IMG/VR virus record: IMGVR_UViG_3300049142_000128
Location: 13,128-77,127 of that record
Strand: one strand, 5' to 3'
DNA length: 64,000 nt
Origin: a virus
Lineage: Duplodnaviria > Caudoviricetes
This document shows positions 54,633 to 63,630 of this stretch, piece by piece (the stretch's first letter is position 1; each line of letters starts with the position of its first letter). The notes under the pieces are model-generated. The model did no database searches. It worked only from the letters and a program-made list of their open reading frames with translations, and had not been told where the DNA came from. A program made the translations under genes and the position numbers.

Positions 54633-57319
54633 GAGTCGTCCCCGTTCCTGTCGATGTACTCGCGCTGCAGCCGCTGCACGGCGCCGAAGATCCGGTCGCG
54701 GACCTCGGTCTCCTGCTGCAGCGACGTCCCGACCCGGCCGGCCGCGGTGTCCTGCGCCGCGACCTGGGCGGCGAGGATGTTCCGCGGGTCGCCCTGCGCC
54801 TCCCGCAACCGGCGGGCGACGATCCCGTCCTCGAGGTCCGGGACCGCGTAGATCGGGACAGTGCGACAGCGGCAGCCCTGGTGATCGCCCGGGAAGTAGT
54901 ACGGCCCGATCCAGCTGGTCGCCGGCTCCGTGTCGAGCTTCGGGTCCGTGAAGGTCGCGAACCGCACCTTGTCCAGCTGCGTGTGCCACGGCGTGAACCG
55001 GTCGCGGACGATCGCGTACCGGTACTGCCACTCCCAGCCGAGCAGCACACCGCCTTCCTCGCCGACGAGCTGCGCGACGTCGGGCCCGGCGCCGAACCCG
55101 CCCGGCCCGGGCGTCTCCTCGAGGCGCGGCGCGCGGGTCTGCGAGGAGGGCCGGATCGGCTGGGCGCCGCCGGCGACGCGGAGCACGTCCTCGACGTCCT
55201 GCGGTCGGATGAGGGTGTCGACGGGCTCGCCGGGGCCCTGCTCGGGGACGAGCGGGTCGGGCCGGAACAGGGCCTCCTCCGCGGCGGCGTCGAGGCGCTC
55301 GGCGAGGGTCTGCCACGCCTGCCCAGCACGGGCGGTGAGTCGGGTGCGGACGCGGGCGCGGATCTCGTCGGCGCGGCTGCTGCGCGGCGGGATGCCGAGG
55401 AGGTCGACGAGGATCTCCGCGACCTGGGCGGCGGCGTCGGTGAGCCACCGCTCGAACTGCCCGCGGAGCCGGGCGTAGCCGTCGGCGAGCAGGTCGGAGA
55501 TCGAGACGAGCGACTCGACCCGGGCCCGGCCGATGCGGGCGGGCACGAGGTGCGCGTCGACGCCCTTGATGCTGGCGGCGAGGGCGCGGTCCTTCTGCGC
55601 CTGCGATCGGACCCGGGCGCCAGCGCGTTCGAGGACGCGGGCGAGCGCGGCGTCGGCGGCGACGAGGATCCGGTCGGCGAGCTCGGCGTCGACGTCTGCG
55701 AGGCGGCGTGAGGCGTCGACGTCGACGTGTAGTCCGTAGGGATCTGGCTCGGCGGCGGCGGCGACGATCGGGCCAGTCGGGTTCGTGCGCTCCGTCGCGG
55801 GCTGCGCCGGCGTCGGCCGGGCCGGCGTGGTCTGCCCGGGCTGCGCGGCCGGTTCGTCACCTGCCGGTAGCTGTGCCCGCCCAGCAGGCTGGGCGTCGAT
55901 CGTGACCGGCTGCTGCGGGGCGCGGAGCCCGAGGATCCCGGCGGACGTCTCGATGGGGAGCCGACCGGTGGCGACGAGCCGGCGCATGTACTCGTCGTTG
56001 TCCGGGGCGTCTTCCTCGTCGAACCCGAGCGTCTCGCGGAGCGCCTGGTCGCTGATGACGAGCGCCGCGTGCGCGTCGCGGGCGTCCTGCCCGCGGTTGG
56101 GGTTCTCGGCGAGCGGGGACGGGTCGACGGCGATCGTGACGCGGGCGATGTCCTCGGGCTTGTGACCGAGAGACTCCAGGGCAGGCCGGAGGTAGGCCTG
56201 CATCATCGCGGCGGCGATCGTCTCCGCGGCCGGCTCGACCTGGTCCCGGATGCTGCGGGCGTCGATGATCCAGGCGCCCCAGTGGTTCATCCCGCCCACG
56301 CCCTCGACCTGTTCGGGCTGGATGTCGAGGCCCTTGAGCAGCCGCAGCAGCGCGGCGGACTGGCGGGCAATCAGCGCTTCGGCGTCGGCGCGTTGCACGG
56401 TGACGTGGCGGACCTTGTCGAGGTCCTGCGGGTCGCCGCGTAGCACGATCGGGACGACGGCCTGGGCGTCGCCGTCGTCGCGGATCGGGGCGAGCATCGC
56501 GGCGGTGAGGTCGGCCATGAACGTGGTGCTCATGACGGAGTCGTCGTGCTCGTCGTCGTTCCGCTCCTTGGGCATGTCGAGGCTCTGCGGGATGAGCAGG
56601 AACCCGTTCGCGGCGACGCGGGAGCGGGCGGCGGCGCGCTGCTCGCGCCCGGCGAGCACGACGTCCTCGCAGACGTCGAGGAGGGTGCGCATCGGCGAGT
56701 CGGCGAGCTGCCCCCACTCCGGGTGTGGCACCCAGCAGCGCAGCAGGTCCTCCCGCTCCGGGTCGATCAGTCGTGTGGTGCCGGCGACCGCGGACGGGAG
56801 GGTGTTGAGGGTGACCCGGCCGTCCGGCGAGACGCTGATCTCGCTGGTGGACCGGACGTGGAAGCGTTCGTCGCCGTCGACGTGGACCCAGGCCTCGCCG
56901 GCGATGCCGAGGTTCTCGTCGAGGCGGGCGGTGAACCCGTCGGGCTCGTGGTCGAAGGGCAGCCTCTCGAAGTTGACGATCGCGTCGGCGGCAAGCTGCG
57001 CGGGCAGGCCGTGGTCCTCGTCGCCGTCGAGCGGGACCGGGTCTTCGGGCCACGCGCGGGTCGCGGCGACGTAGAAGCGGCAGCGGGCGACTGCGCGGGA
57101 GCGGAGCCGCTGCGCATAGCGAAGTTCGCCGATCAGATCGCGGTAGGCCCACGCCTGGGTCTGCCAGCCCTGCCGGGTCGCGACGAGCAGCGTGCCGGCG
57201 TCGCGCTTGGACAGGTCGATCCGCTGGCCGTCGGCGCGCAGGACCTTGAGCGGGGCGCGTTGGGGGCGCTCGGCGACGGCCGTAGCGGAGGCGCGACGAC
57301 CCAGAACAGCCACGCGCAA
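54629..57319 (-). CDS. Portal protein fused to a MuF-like minor head domain
   Basis: WQTQAWAYRDLIGELRY portal start; NHWGAW; C-terminal FPGDHQGCRC. Confidence 0.8.
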   Translation of the reverse strand: MRVAVLGRRASATAVAERPQRAPLKVLRADGQRIDLSKRDAGTLLVATRQGWQTQAWAYRDLIGELRYAQRLRSRAVARCRFYVAATRAWPEDPVPLDGDEDHGLPAQLAADAIVNFERLPFDHEPDGFTARLDENLGIAGEAWVHVDGDERFHVRSTSEISVSPDGRVTLNTLPSAVAGTTRLIDPEREDLLRCWVPHPEWGQLADSPMRTLLDVCEDVVLAGREQRAAARSRVAANGFLLIPQSLDMPKERNDDEHDDSVMSTTFMADLTAAMLAPIRDDGDAQAVVPIVLRGDPQDLDKVRHVTVQRADAEALIARQSAALLRLLKGLDIQPEQVEGVGGMNHWGAWIIDARSIRDQVEPAAETIAAAMMQAYLRPALESLGHKPEDIARVTIAVDPSPLAENPNRGQDARDAHAALVISDQALRETLGFDEEDAPDNDEYMRRLVATGRLPIETSAGILGLRAPQQPVTIDAQPAGRAQLPAGDEPAAQPGQTTPARPTPAQPATERTNPTGPIVAAAAEPDPYGLHVDVDASRRLADVDAELADRILVAADAALARVLERAGARVRSQAQKDRALAASIKGVDAHLVPARIGRARVESLVSISDLLADGYARLRGQFERWLTDAAAQVAEILVDLLGIPPRSSRADEIRARVRTRLTARAGQAWQTLAERLDAAAEEALFRPDPLVPEQGPGEPVDTLIRPQDVEDVLRVAGGAQPIRPSSQTRAPRLEETPGPGGFGAGPDVAQLVGEEGGVLLGWEWQYRYAIVRDRFTPWHTQLDKVRFATFTDPKLDTEPATSWIGPYYFPGDHQGCRCRTVPIYAVPDLEDGIVARRLREAQGDPRNILAAQVAAQDTAAGRVGTSLQQETEVRDRIFGAVQRLQREYIDRNGDDS

Positions 57320-57384
57320 CCCCTGTTCCTCGCCGATCTGCGGACAGCGGCGAGGTTCGGGGTCGGCCGGGGCGGGGCGCGATC

Positions 57385-57395
57385 AGTCGCGTGTC
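57385..57395 (-). promoter_or_regulatory. Late-region motif GACACGCGACT
   Basis: 26 nt before GAACCT, upstream of the portal. Confidence 0.65.
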
Positions 57396-57540
57396 ATGGC
57401 GCCCCGACGAGGCGGTCGGGGCACGAGGCGCATTGCTCGTTGGACGCCACCGTGCCGCCTGCTCGTGCTCGACGCCGCGACGCTGCCCGGAGGCCTCGCG
57501 TCGCCGTCATCAACTCGTGACCTCAGATCGGCGATATCCC

Positions 57541-57570
57541 TTGACGAACACAGCAAGAGATAGATAGAGT
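57541..57570 (+). promoter_or_regulatory. Promoter/operator copy 4 (partial)
   Basis: TTGACG-18nt-TAGAGT, with CAAGAG 7 nt after the -35 as in copies 1-3. Confidence 0.65.
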
Positions 57571-57608
57571 AGTTCATGTAAGGCCAACAACTACAGAGAG
57601 GAGTTCGG

Positions 57609-57857
57609 ATGACCGAGCTGGGAGACAAGTTCCTGCTCGCGCTCGCCGACCAGGGGTACGGCATCGTCTTCACCGGCGAGGACCTGACCATCCTGGAAGC
57701 GAGCCACCGGGAAAGGCACCACATCCCGGTGATCCTGCTCGATGACCCGGTGTACGAGTTCCTGCTCGTCGCGGCAATCGAGGCCTTCGCGCAGCTCGAC
57801 GGGCGGTTTGACACCCGCGCCGTGTTCGGCGGGAAGCACAGGAGCGGCGAGAACTAG
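57609..57857 (+). CDS. Hypothetical protein
   Basis: SD GAGGAG; AT-richer upstream region. Confidence 0.7.
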   Translation: MTELGDKFLLALADQGYGIVFTGEDLTILEASHRERHHIPVILLDDPVYEFLLVAAIEAFAQLDGRFDTRAVFGGKHRSGEN

Positions 57858-57861
57858 TCAG

Positions 57862-57898
57862 GTGACCTCCGGGGTGCTCACACCACCCCGGAGGTCAC
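57862..57898. terminator. 15-bp perfect hairpin
   Basis: GTGACCTCCGGGGTG-N7-CACCCCGGAGGTCAC. Confidence 0.7.
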
Positions 57899-57942
57899 TC
57901 CCAGCGTACGGCCCCGGCCTTCCTTGACCAGAAGAAAGGAAG

Positions 57943-58509
57943 ATGGCCAAGATAGGCGACATGGACTCGCGCATCTCTTACGTCGTGACCCTGACCGTGC
58001 AGCTCGACCGCGTCATCGACGACGAGGTCGCCCGCGACGTCGCCGCCCGCTGGGCGACGAACAGCGGCTTCGACCTCGGCATGACCTCGACCAGCCTCGA
58101 CGAACCCTGGCTTCGGGCGTCCGCCGGCCTGCAGACCACCCCCACGGCCGACCCAGTGCAGGTCGTCACCTCCGCCGTCGGGAACCTCAGCATCGAGCTC
58201 CGCGAGGTCGGACACAAGGTCGAAGCGTGGCGCGCCGTCGAGATCATCAGCGCGGACGAGCAGGCGCGGCGCGGTCGCACGCGCGGCATGCCCGACCTCG
58301 TCAACGCCGAGCAGTTCGCGGAGCTGGCCGGACTCACCCGCCAGCGGATCTACCAGTACCTCAGCGACCGGCGCGCTGGGAAGCGGGCCGACTTCCCCGA
58401 GCAGGTCCTCGACGGGTACTGGCTGCGCTCCACCGCCGAGCACTGGGCCACGAACCGGAAGCGGAAGCCGGGGCCGGACCCGCGCTCCGCGACCGAGGGG
58501 AAGCGGTGA
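57943..58509 (+). CDS. HTH protein, paralogue of the 12283 HicB-like gene
   Basis: EIISADEQARR linker, DLVNAEQFAELAGLTRQRIYQ HTH, RKPGP tail. Confidence 0.7.
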   Translation: MAKIGDMDSRISYVVTLTVQLDRVIDDEVARDVAARWATNSGFDLGMTSTSLDEPWLRASAGLQTTPTADPVQVVTSAVGNLSIELREVGHKVEAWRAVEIISADEQARRGRTRGMPDLVNAEQFAELAGLTRQRIYQYLSDRRAGKRADFPEQVLDGYWLRSTAEHWATNRKRKPGPDPRSATEGKR

Positions 58510-58518
58510 CCGCCCCCG

Positions 58519-58809
58519 CTACCCACCGAGGTGCGCGAGGTGGCCGGCCACCGCGGATCCGGCGAGCGCGCGGGCGATCCACGGCCAGGCGCGCGGCCAC
58601 CGGCGCCGCGCGAGCACGACCGCGGCCGCGATCCACATCGATAGGCACCACGGGCAGGTGAGCAGCTCCGTCGCCTTCCGGTCGCGGCCGAGATCGAGCA
58701 GCAGCTCCCGCGCCGGGCCGAACGGGACGTCGTCGTCCTGCACGAGCCGGGTGAGCCGGTGCACGGCCAGCGCGTCGACGGCCACCTCAACCGCGTCAGT
58801 GGGCTTCAC
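58519..58809 (-). CDS. DUF1360-like membrane protein
   Basis: HRLTRLVQDD, ELLTCPWCLSMW. Confidence 0.75.
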   Translation of the reverse strand: MKPTDAVEVAVDALAVHRLTRLVQDDDVPFGPARELLLDLGRDRKATELLTCPWCLSMWIAAAVVLARRRWPRAWPWIARALAGSAVAGHLAHLGG

Positions 58810-59051
58810 CGGCCCACCGCCTGCATCGCGCGCTCGTCGCGGCGCCACCGGTACAGAGCCCGCGCGTACACGAACCCGTACGCGGCCGCCGAGCCGATGA
58901 AACCCCACTGCCTCGTCGCGACGGCGTAGGCGATCCACAGGACCTGCGCGCCGAGCCCGACCGCCCATCCCCACGAGTTCCGCTGGCCGGCGAGCCAGAT
59001 GCCGAGGACGCCGACCGCGGTGAGCAGCACGGACCACCAGACGGGGATCAC
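58806..59051 (-). CDS. PnuC-like short membrane protein
   Basis: WLAGQRNSWGWAVGL..QVLW. Confidence 0.6.
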   Translation of the reverse strand: MIPVWWSVLLTAVGVLGIWLAGQRNSWGWAVGLGAQVLWIAYAVATRQWGFIGSAAAYGFVYARALYRWRRDERAMQAVGR

Positions 59052-59371
59052 CGGGCCCTCCTATCGACGTGGGCGAGCCACCAGCCGAGGTCGGCGTGCA
59101 GCTGCTCGACTTGCTCGACGTCGAACACGAGGGTGTCGGGCTCCTCCTCGGAGCCCCGCATCCCGACGCGCAGGAACGGCCAGACCGCGCCGTCCTCGTC
59201 GCCGTCGTCGTGGCCGTCGCGGGTGATGTGTCCGGGGATCAGCCCGAGGTCGAAGCTGCCGCCGCGCGTGTCGTCCATCGACGGCAGGACATGCGAGCCC
59301 CGGTACAGCATCGGGGCCCGCCGGTCGGGCTCGTCGACGTCGAAGGTGCAGAAGCTGCCGTAGACGCTCAC
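59048..59371 (-). CDS. Hypothetical protein
   Basis: Coupled ORF. Confidence 0.65.
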   Translation of the reverse strand: MSVYGSFCTFDVDEPDRRAPMLYRGSHVLPSMDDTRGGSFDLGLIPGHITRDGHDDGDEDGAVWPFLRVGMRGSEEEPDTLVFDVEQVEQLHADLGWWLAHVDRRAR

Positions 59372-59571
59372 CCCTCGGCTCCGTCCGGCTTGCTGCCGTC
59401 GGCTGGCCGGTAGCCGAACATGTAGGCGACGATCGCCCGGGCCTGCTCCTCGGTGAAGCCGTTCCGGCGTGTGGCCGCGACGAAGCCCTCGACCATCTCG
59501 AGGAACGGTGCGATCCCCGCGAGCGCCTCGTGGCCGGCGAGCGCGGCGCGGTGCAGCTCCGCCTCGGTCAC
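59368..59571 (-). CDS. Hypothetical protein
   Basis: GFTEEQARAIV; GTGA overlaps. Confidence 0.6.
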   Translation of the reverse strand: MTEAELHRAALAGHEALAGIAPFLEMVEGFVAATRRNGFTEEQARAIVAYMFGYRPADGSKPDGAEG

Positions 59572-59900
59572 GACCGCACCGCCACGCTCGTTGCCCAGTC
59601 GGGGCCGGCCCAGCGGCCGAGCTGCCCGCACCGGCACTCCGCCCCGGGGGTGATCACGGCGACGGTGCCGTCGGTCAGCTGCACGTCGACCCCGGCGCGG
59701 GCCCGGCGCCCGGTCGGGATCGGCTGCTGCCGGAGCCAGTTGACGCCGGCGTGGAACGCGACCTCGTCCGGGCGGGTGTAGACCCAGAGGCCGGCGTGCT
59801 CGCCGCCCTCGGCGAGGACGACGCGGGTCTTGCGGAGGTTGCGGCCGTCGGGGAGGACGACACTGGCGGGGTACCAGCGGCCGCGCACGGTGGTGCTCAT
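59568..59900 (-). CDS. Hypothetical protein
   Basis: ATGA overlap; CRCG motif. Confidence 0.65.
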   Translation of the reverse strand: MSTTVRGRWYPASVVLPDGRNLRKTRVVLAEGGEHAGLWVYTRPDEVAFHAGVNWLRQQPIPTGRRARAGVDVQLTDGTVAVITPGAECRCGQLGRWAGPDWATSVAVRS

Positions 59901-60337
59901 CGGGTCTCCAGCGGGTGGGTGGCGCTGCGCAGCTGCGCGAGCTGTTCCTCGAGGACGGCCATGCCGCGGCAGCGGTGCGGGTCCTGCGGGTTCTCCCCCC
60001 ACGCGGTGCCCCACGGCACCATGAGGCCGTCGGCGGCCGCGCGGGGCACGTAGTGGATGTGCAGGTGGAACACGGACTGCGTCGCTTCCCGGCCGGCCGA
60101 CGTGATCAGGTTGAACGGGCGCGCCTGCCGGCGGGCGTAGTCGGCGACGTCCTCCATCACGATCGACGTCAGCGACGGCATGGACGCCGCGTCCTCGGTG
60201 TGGGTCTTCGGGATCGCGAGGATGTGCCCGTCGACGACCGGGCCAAGCGGCACGATCATCAGGGTGATGTCGGTTTCCGCGACGATGGTCGCGGGCGCCC
60301 GCCCGGCGACGATCTCGCAGAACACGCAGTCGGTCAC
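59897..60337 (-). CDS. HIT family nucleotide hydrolase
   Basis: DCVFCEI, GHILAIPKTH, QSVFHLHIHYVPR. Confidence 0.92.
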   Translation of the reverse strand: MTDCVFCEIVAGRAPATIVAETDITLMIVPLGPVVDGHILAIPKTHTEDAASMPSLTSIVMEDVADYARRQARPFNLITSAGREATQSVFHLHIHYVPRAAADGLMVPWGTAWGENPQDPHRCRGMAVLEEQLAQLRSATHPLETR

Positions 60338-60459
60338 GTGAAGCTCCTCCTGAGCTGGTCGAGCAGGTCGGTGAGGCGGGGCAGCAGCTCGAGCAGGCGG
60401 GCTGCGAGCGCGCCGACGGTGACTCCGGCGACGAACGCGGCGAACTCGAAGATGCTCAT
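60334..60459 (-). CDS. Small membrane peptide
   Basis: MSIFEFAAFVAGVTVGAL...; coupled at both ends. Confidence 0.5.
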   Translation of the reverse strand: MSIFEFAAFVAGVTVGALAARLLELLPRLTDLLDQLRRSFT

Positions 60460-60554
60460 CAGGCCGGCCACACCGTGACGAGCAGCGCGGTCGCCGCGGC
60501 GAGGGCGAGCGCGTAGCCGAGCACGGCGAGCCGGTCGCGGGCGCGGGTGCTCAT
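60459..60554 (-). CDS. Small membrane peptide
   Basis: MSTRARDRLAVLGYALALAAATALLVTVWPA; ATGA overlap. Confidence 0.5.
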   Translation of the reverse strand: MSTRARDRLAVLGYALALAAATALLVTVWPA

Positions 60555-61051
60555 GCCGACCGGCCTCGCAGCTGCTGCTCGAGGTGCTCGACCCGGCGCG
60601 CGGTCATCGACGTCACCGACCCTGCCGGCTGCGCGTCGGGCTGCGCCGGGTCTGGTCGGGCGGGGAGGCCGAGGGAGACGCGGGCGGCCATGACGCGCTG
60701 CACGGCCTGTCGGTCCTCGGGGTACCGGTGCCCCTTCGGGGAGATCCACTTCGTGGGGTCGTCCGGGTCGAGCTGCCACATCGTGGGGTCGTAGACGTCG
60801 CAGCGGCGGCGGGAGCGCGCCTTCGGCCGGGAGCGGCGGTAGACGGGGACGCGGGTGTCGTAGGCGTGGCCGCGCCACGTCGAGTACGCCGACACCTGCG
60901 CCTCGGTGAAGCCCTGCCGGATCGCCGCGGCGAGCTCACCTGGCGTGCAGACGGCGGCGGCCCACCCCGGGACACGGGGCTGGGACAGCCGCCACCGGCC
61001 GTCGTCGAGCTGCGCAACGGTCACGGTGATGGCGCGGACCTGCCTCGGCAC
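60551..61051 (-). CDS. Hypothetical protein
   Basis: 166-aa globular ORF. Confidence 0.65.
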   Translation of the reverse strand: MPRQVRAITVTVAQLDDGRWRLSQPRVPGWAAAVCTPGELAAAIRQGFTEAQVSAYSTWRGHAYDTRVPVYRRSRPKARSRRRCDVYDPTMWQLDPDDPTKWISPKGHRYPEDRQAVQRVMAARVSLGLPARPDPAQPDAQPAGSVTSMTARRVEHLEQQLRGRSA

Positions 61052-61146
61052 CCCGGGCGGCGGGCCCTGGAGGTCGCCGGCGGGGCGGCGGGCCTTCGTC
61101 GGGCCGTGGGTGCGGCGGCTCGCGGTGGAGCGGGGGATCTGGGCGT

Positions 61147-62817
61147 TCAGCGTCTCGTGCTCCTCGTGATCCTCGACGATCCGCGGTCGCGGATCCCGGT
61201 CGAGCTGGTGGGGACCCGGTCGGTAGCGCGGCCGAGTCCGGCGGCGGGCATCGCGTCGAGGAGCTGCGCGGCGTGGATGACGGCGTCCGCGCGGTCCGGG
61301 GAGTCCTGCCCGGGCTGCCAGGTGGTGAGCTGGTGCTCGACCTTCGCGTGCCGGCCGACCATGACGGCGCGGCCGGTCTCGAACATCGGGGCGGCGAGCT
61401 GCATGCGCTGCTGCTTCGACCCGCGGGCGACGATCGGCACGAGCCGCGGCCCGGACGACGGGAGCGCAAGGATCGCGTCGACGTCGCCGACGATCTCAGC
61501 GAGCGCGCCGCGGATCTCGTCCCGGGCGTCGGGGCTGTCGTCCGGACGCGCGACCCGCTGCACGGCCGCGTCGACGTCGCCGCCGGTGTGGCGCAGCGCC
61601 TTCGCCTCCCGGTACACGGCGGCCCACGCCTGCCGGATCCGCTTCGGCAGCTGCGACAGCGACTGCTCGTAGGCCAGCGTCACTGCGCCGCGGCGCACGC
61701 ACGTGAGCAGCGCGACCCGGGCCCACCGGGCGACGGTCATCGGGGCGGAGAGGTCGTCGAGGATGAACACCCGGCCCGTGGTGGGGTGGCTGGTGGCGAG
61801 GATGATCCCGGCCTCGTCGCCGTCGCCCTCGTTGTCGGCCGGGTCGACCACCACGGTGGGCGGCAGGCACCCGGCCGGCGCCTCGTGCACGCGCCACGTG
61901 TCGAACCAGGCGGCCTTGAAGACGCCGCCCTCGAGCGGGGCTGGCCGGCCCTGGTACAGGGCGGCGAAGGTGCGTTCGCCGACGGCCTTCCGCTTCGCCT
62001 CCCAGTCGGCGACCGTGCGGCCGCGCGCGGACAGCAGCCACTCCCCCGGTGGCCGGCCGAGCGCGTCCGGGGTCTGCCCGTCAGCGAGCGCCGGCACGTT
62101 GAGCACTGGCCAGTCCTCGGCCTCCATCCGGCCGGCGAGGTCGTCCTCGTGCCACCGGGTCTGCACCACGATCACCGGGGCGCCCGGGGCGAGGCGGGTG
62201 AGCGCCACCGATGACCACCACTCGTGCAGGCTCTCCCGGATCGTCGACGAGTCGGCCTCCTTTTGGCCCTTGAGGGGGTCGTCGACGACGAGCACGTCGG
62301 CGGGCTGACCGGTGAGGCCGCCGCCGACACCGACCGCGCGGAGACCACCGGCGTGCCCGGCGAGCTGCCAGTCGGAGGCGTCGGCGTGGGAGCGGTCCAC
62401 CTTCAGCCCGAGGTCGCGGCCGTAGGACTCGATGAGGCTGCGCACGACGCGCCCCGAGGTGCGCGCCAGGCTCGCGGCGTAGGAGGCGACGACGACCCGC
62501 AGCTCGGGGTCGTGCGCGAGCAGCCACAGCACCGCCCACCGCAGCGTGCTGCTCTTGCCCTCCTGCGGAGGCAGGGACAGCACGAGCCGCCCGTCGCGCG
62601 TCGTCGCGGCGGCGACGACTCGGCGGGCGATCAGCTCGAGCGCCGGGGTGCGCACGGTGCGTCGGTCGAACCGGGCGGCGAGGTCGAGCGGGGTCGGGCA
62701 CTGGGCGAGCAGCACCGCGCGACGCCGCGCGAGGCCGCGCTCCTCGTCGTCCTGGTCGCTGTGCCCCTCGAGCTGGTCGGCGGCCAGGGCGAGCGCCCGG
62801 TCGAGCACCGCGGTCAC
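61147..62817 (-). CDS. Terminase large subunit
   Basis: LSLPPQEGKS Walker A, LVVDDPLK, VQTRWHEDDLAG, VVVDPA, SPDRADA. Confidence 0.92.
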   Translation of the reverse strand: MTAVLDRALALAADQLEGHSDQDDEERGLARRRAVLLAQCPTPLDLAARFDRRTVRTPALELIARRVVAAATTRDGRLVLSLPPQEGKSSTLRWAVLWLLAHDPELRVVVASYAASLARTSGRVVRSLIESYGRDLGLKVDRSHADASDWQLAGHAGGLRAVGVGGGLTGQPADVLVVDDPLKGQKEADSSTIRESLHEWWSSVALTRLAPGAPVIVVQTRWHEDDLAGRMEAEDWPVLNVPALADGQTPDALGRPPGEWLLSARGRTVADWEAKRKAVGERTFAALYQGRPAPLEGGVFKAAWFDTWRVHEAPAGCLPPTVVVDPADNEGDGDEAGIILATSHPTTGRVFILDDLSAPMTVARWARVALLTCVRRGAVTLAYEQSLSQLPKRIRQAWAAVYREAKALRHTGGDVDAAVQRVARPDDSPDARDEIRGALAEIVGDVDAILALPSSGPRLVPIVARGSKQQRMQLAAPMFETGRAVMVGRHAKVEHQLTTWQPGQDSPDRADAVIHAAQLLDAMPAAGLGRATDRVPTSSTGIRDRGSSRITRSTRR

Positions 62818-63407
62818 GCTGCCGCCTTCCGGAGCTCCCGAGCCCCGGCAGCGCGCGCCTCCTGCGCGACCGGGCCCGTGACGCCGGCGGTTGCGAGCGC
62901 CACGTCGATCGCGCGGATCACCGCGGCGGCCTGCCGCTCGCTGATGCGGGCCATGCGCTCGTCGATGTTCAGCTTCGCCATCAGCCCGAGGACGTTCGCG
63001 CACCGGTCCATGGCTCGCTCGAACAGCGACACCTCGGAGCGGAGCTGCTCGGCACCGGTGGCGAACGACTCGTACCGCAGCCGGCCACCCGCAGCCCCGC
63101 ACTGCTCGCAGGGGGCGTCCTCGACGAGCCGGTTCACCAGCGCGGCGAGCGCGTCCTTCCACGACACCACCTGGCCGGCGAGCTTCCCCAGCTCGGTGAA
63201 CGGGTCCTCGACTGCGGGGACGTCGAGGCGAGCGAGGCTGCGCCGGACCTGCTGCTCGACGATGCGCTCGGCCGCGGCCGCCCGGACCTGGGGGGCGTTG
63301 CCGCCGTGCTTTCGGCAGACCGTTGCGCCGTGGACCGGGTAGTTGCCGCAGGGGTCGCCGTTCGTCTTCCGGGCCGCGCACTTCGGCTTGACAGTGTCAG
63401 GTTCCAT
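62814..63407 (-). CDS. Terminase small subunit (putative)
   Basis: CAARKTNGDPC...VCRKHGG motif; immediately upstream of terL. Confidence 0.7.
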   Translation of the reverse strand: MEPDTVKPKCAARKTNGDPCGNYPVHGATVCRKHGGNAPQVRAAAAERIVEQQVRRSLARLDVPAVEDPFTELGKLAGQVVSWKDALAALVNRLVEDAPCEQCGAAGGRLRYESFATGAEQLRSEVSLFERAMDRCANVLGLMAKLNIDERMARISERQAAAVIRAIDVALATAGVTGPVAQEARAAGARELRKAAA

Positions 63408-63630
63408 CGGTGCCCGGCCGGTCCTGCGGTTCCATCGGTTCGCTGCTGCCGCTGGGTTGTGCGCGGGTGATGTGGGCGCCTCCGCAGCGGCGGCAGTCGT
63501 AGGTGGTGCGGGGGGTGGTGATGGGTGACCCGGAGAGAGCTGCCCGGGCGCGCCGCTCGACGAGAGCTTGGTCGGCGGCGGCCCGGGTGGGGAAGCGCTC
63601 GATCGGGCAGGTCACCGCGGCATGCGGCAC
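63397..63630 (-). CDS. Small protein with YxCxxC..H motif
   Basis: TYDCRRCGGAHIT. Confidence 0.6.
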   Translation of the reverse strand: MPHAAVTCPIERFPTRAAADQALVERRARAALSGSPITTPRTTYDCRRCGGAHITRAQPSGSSEPMEPQDRPGTDGT

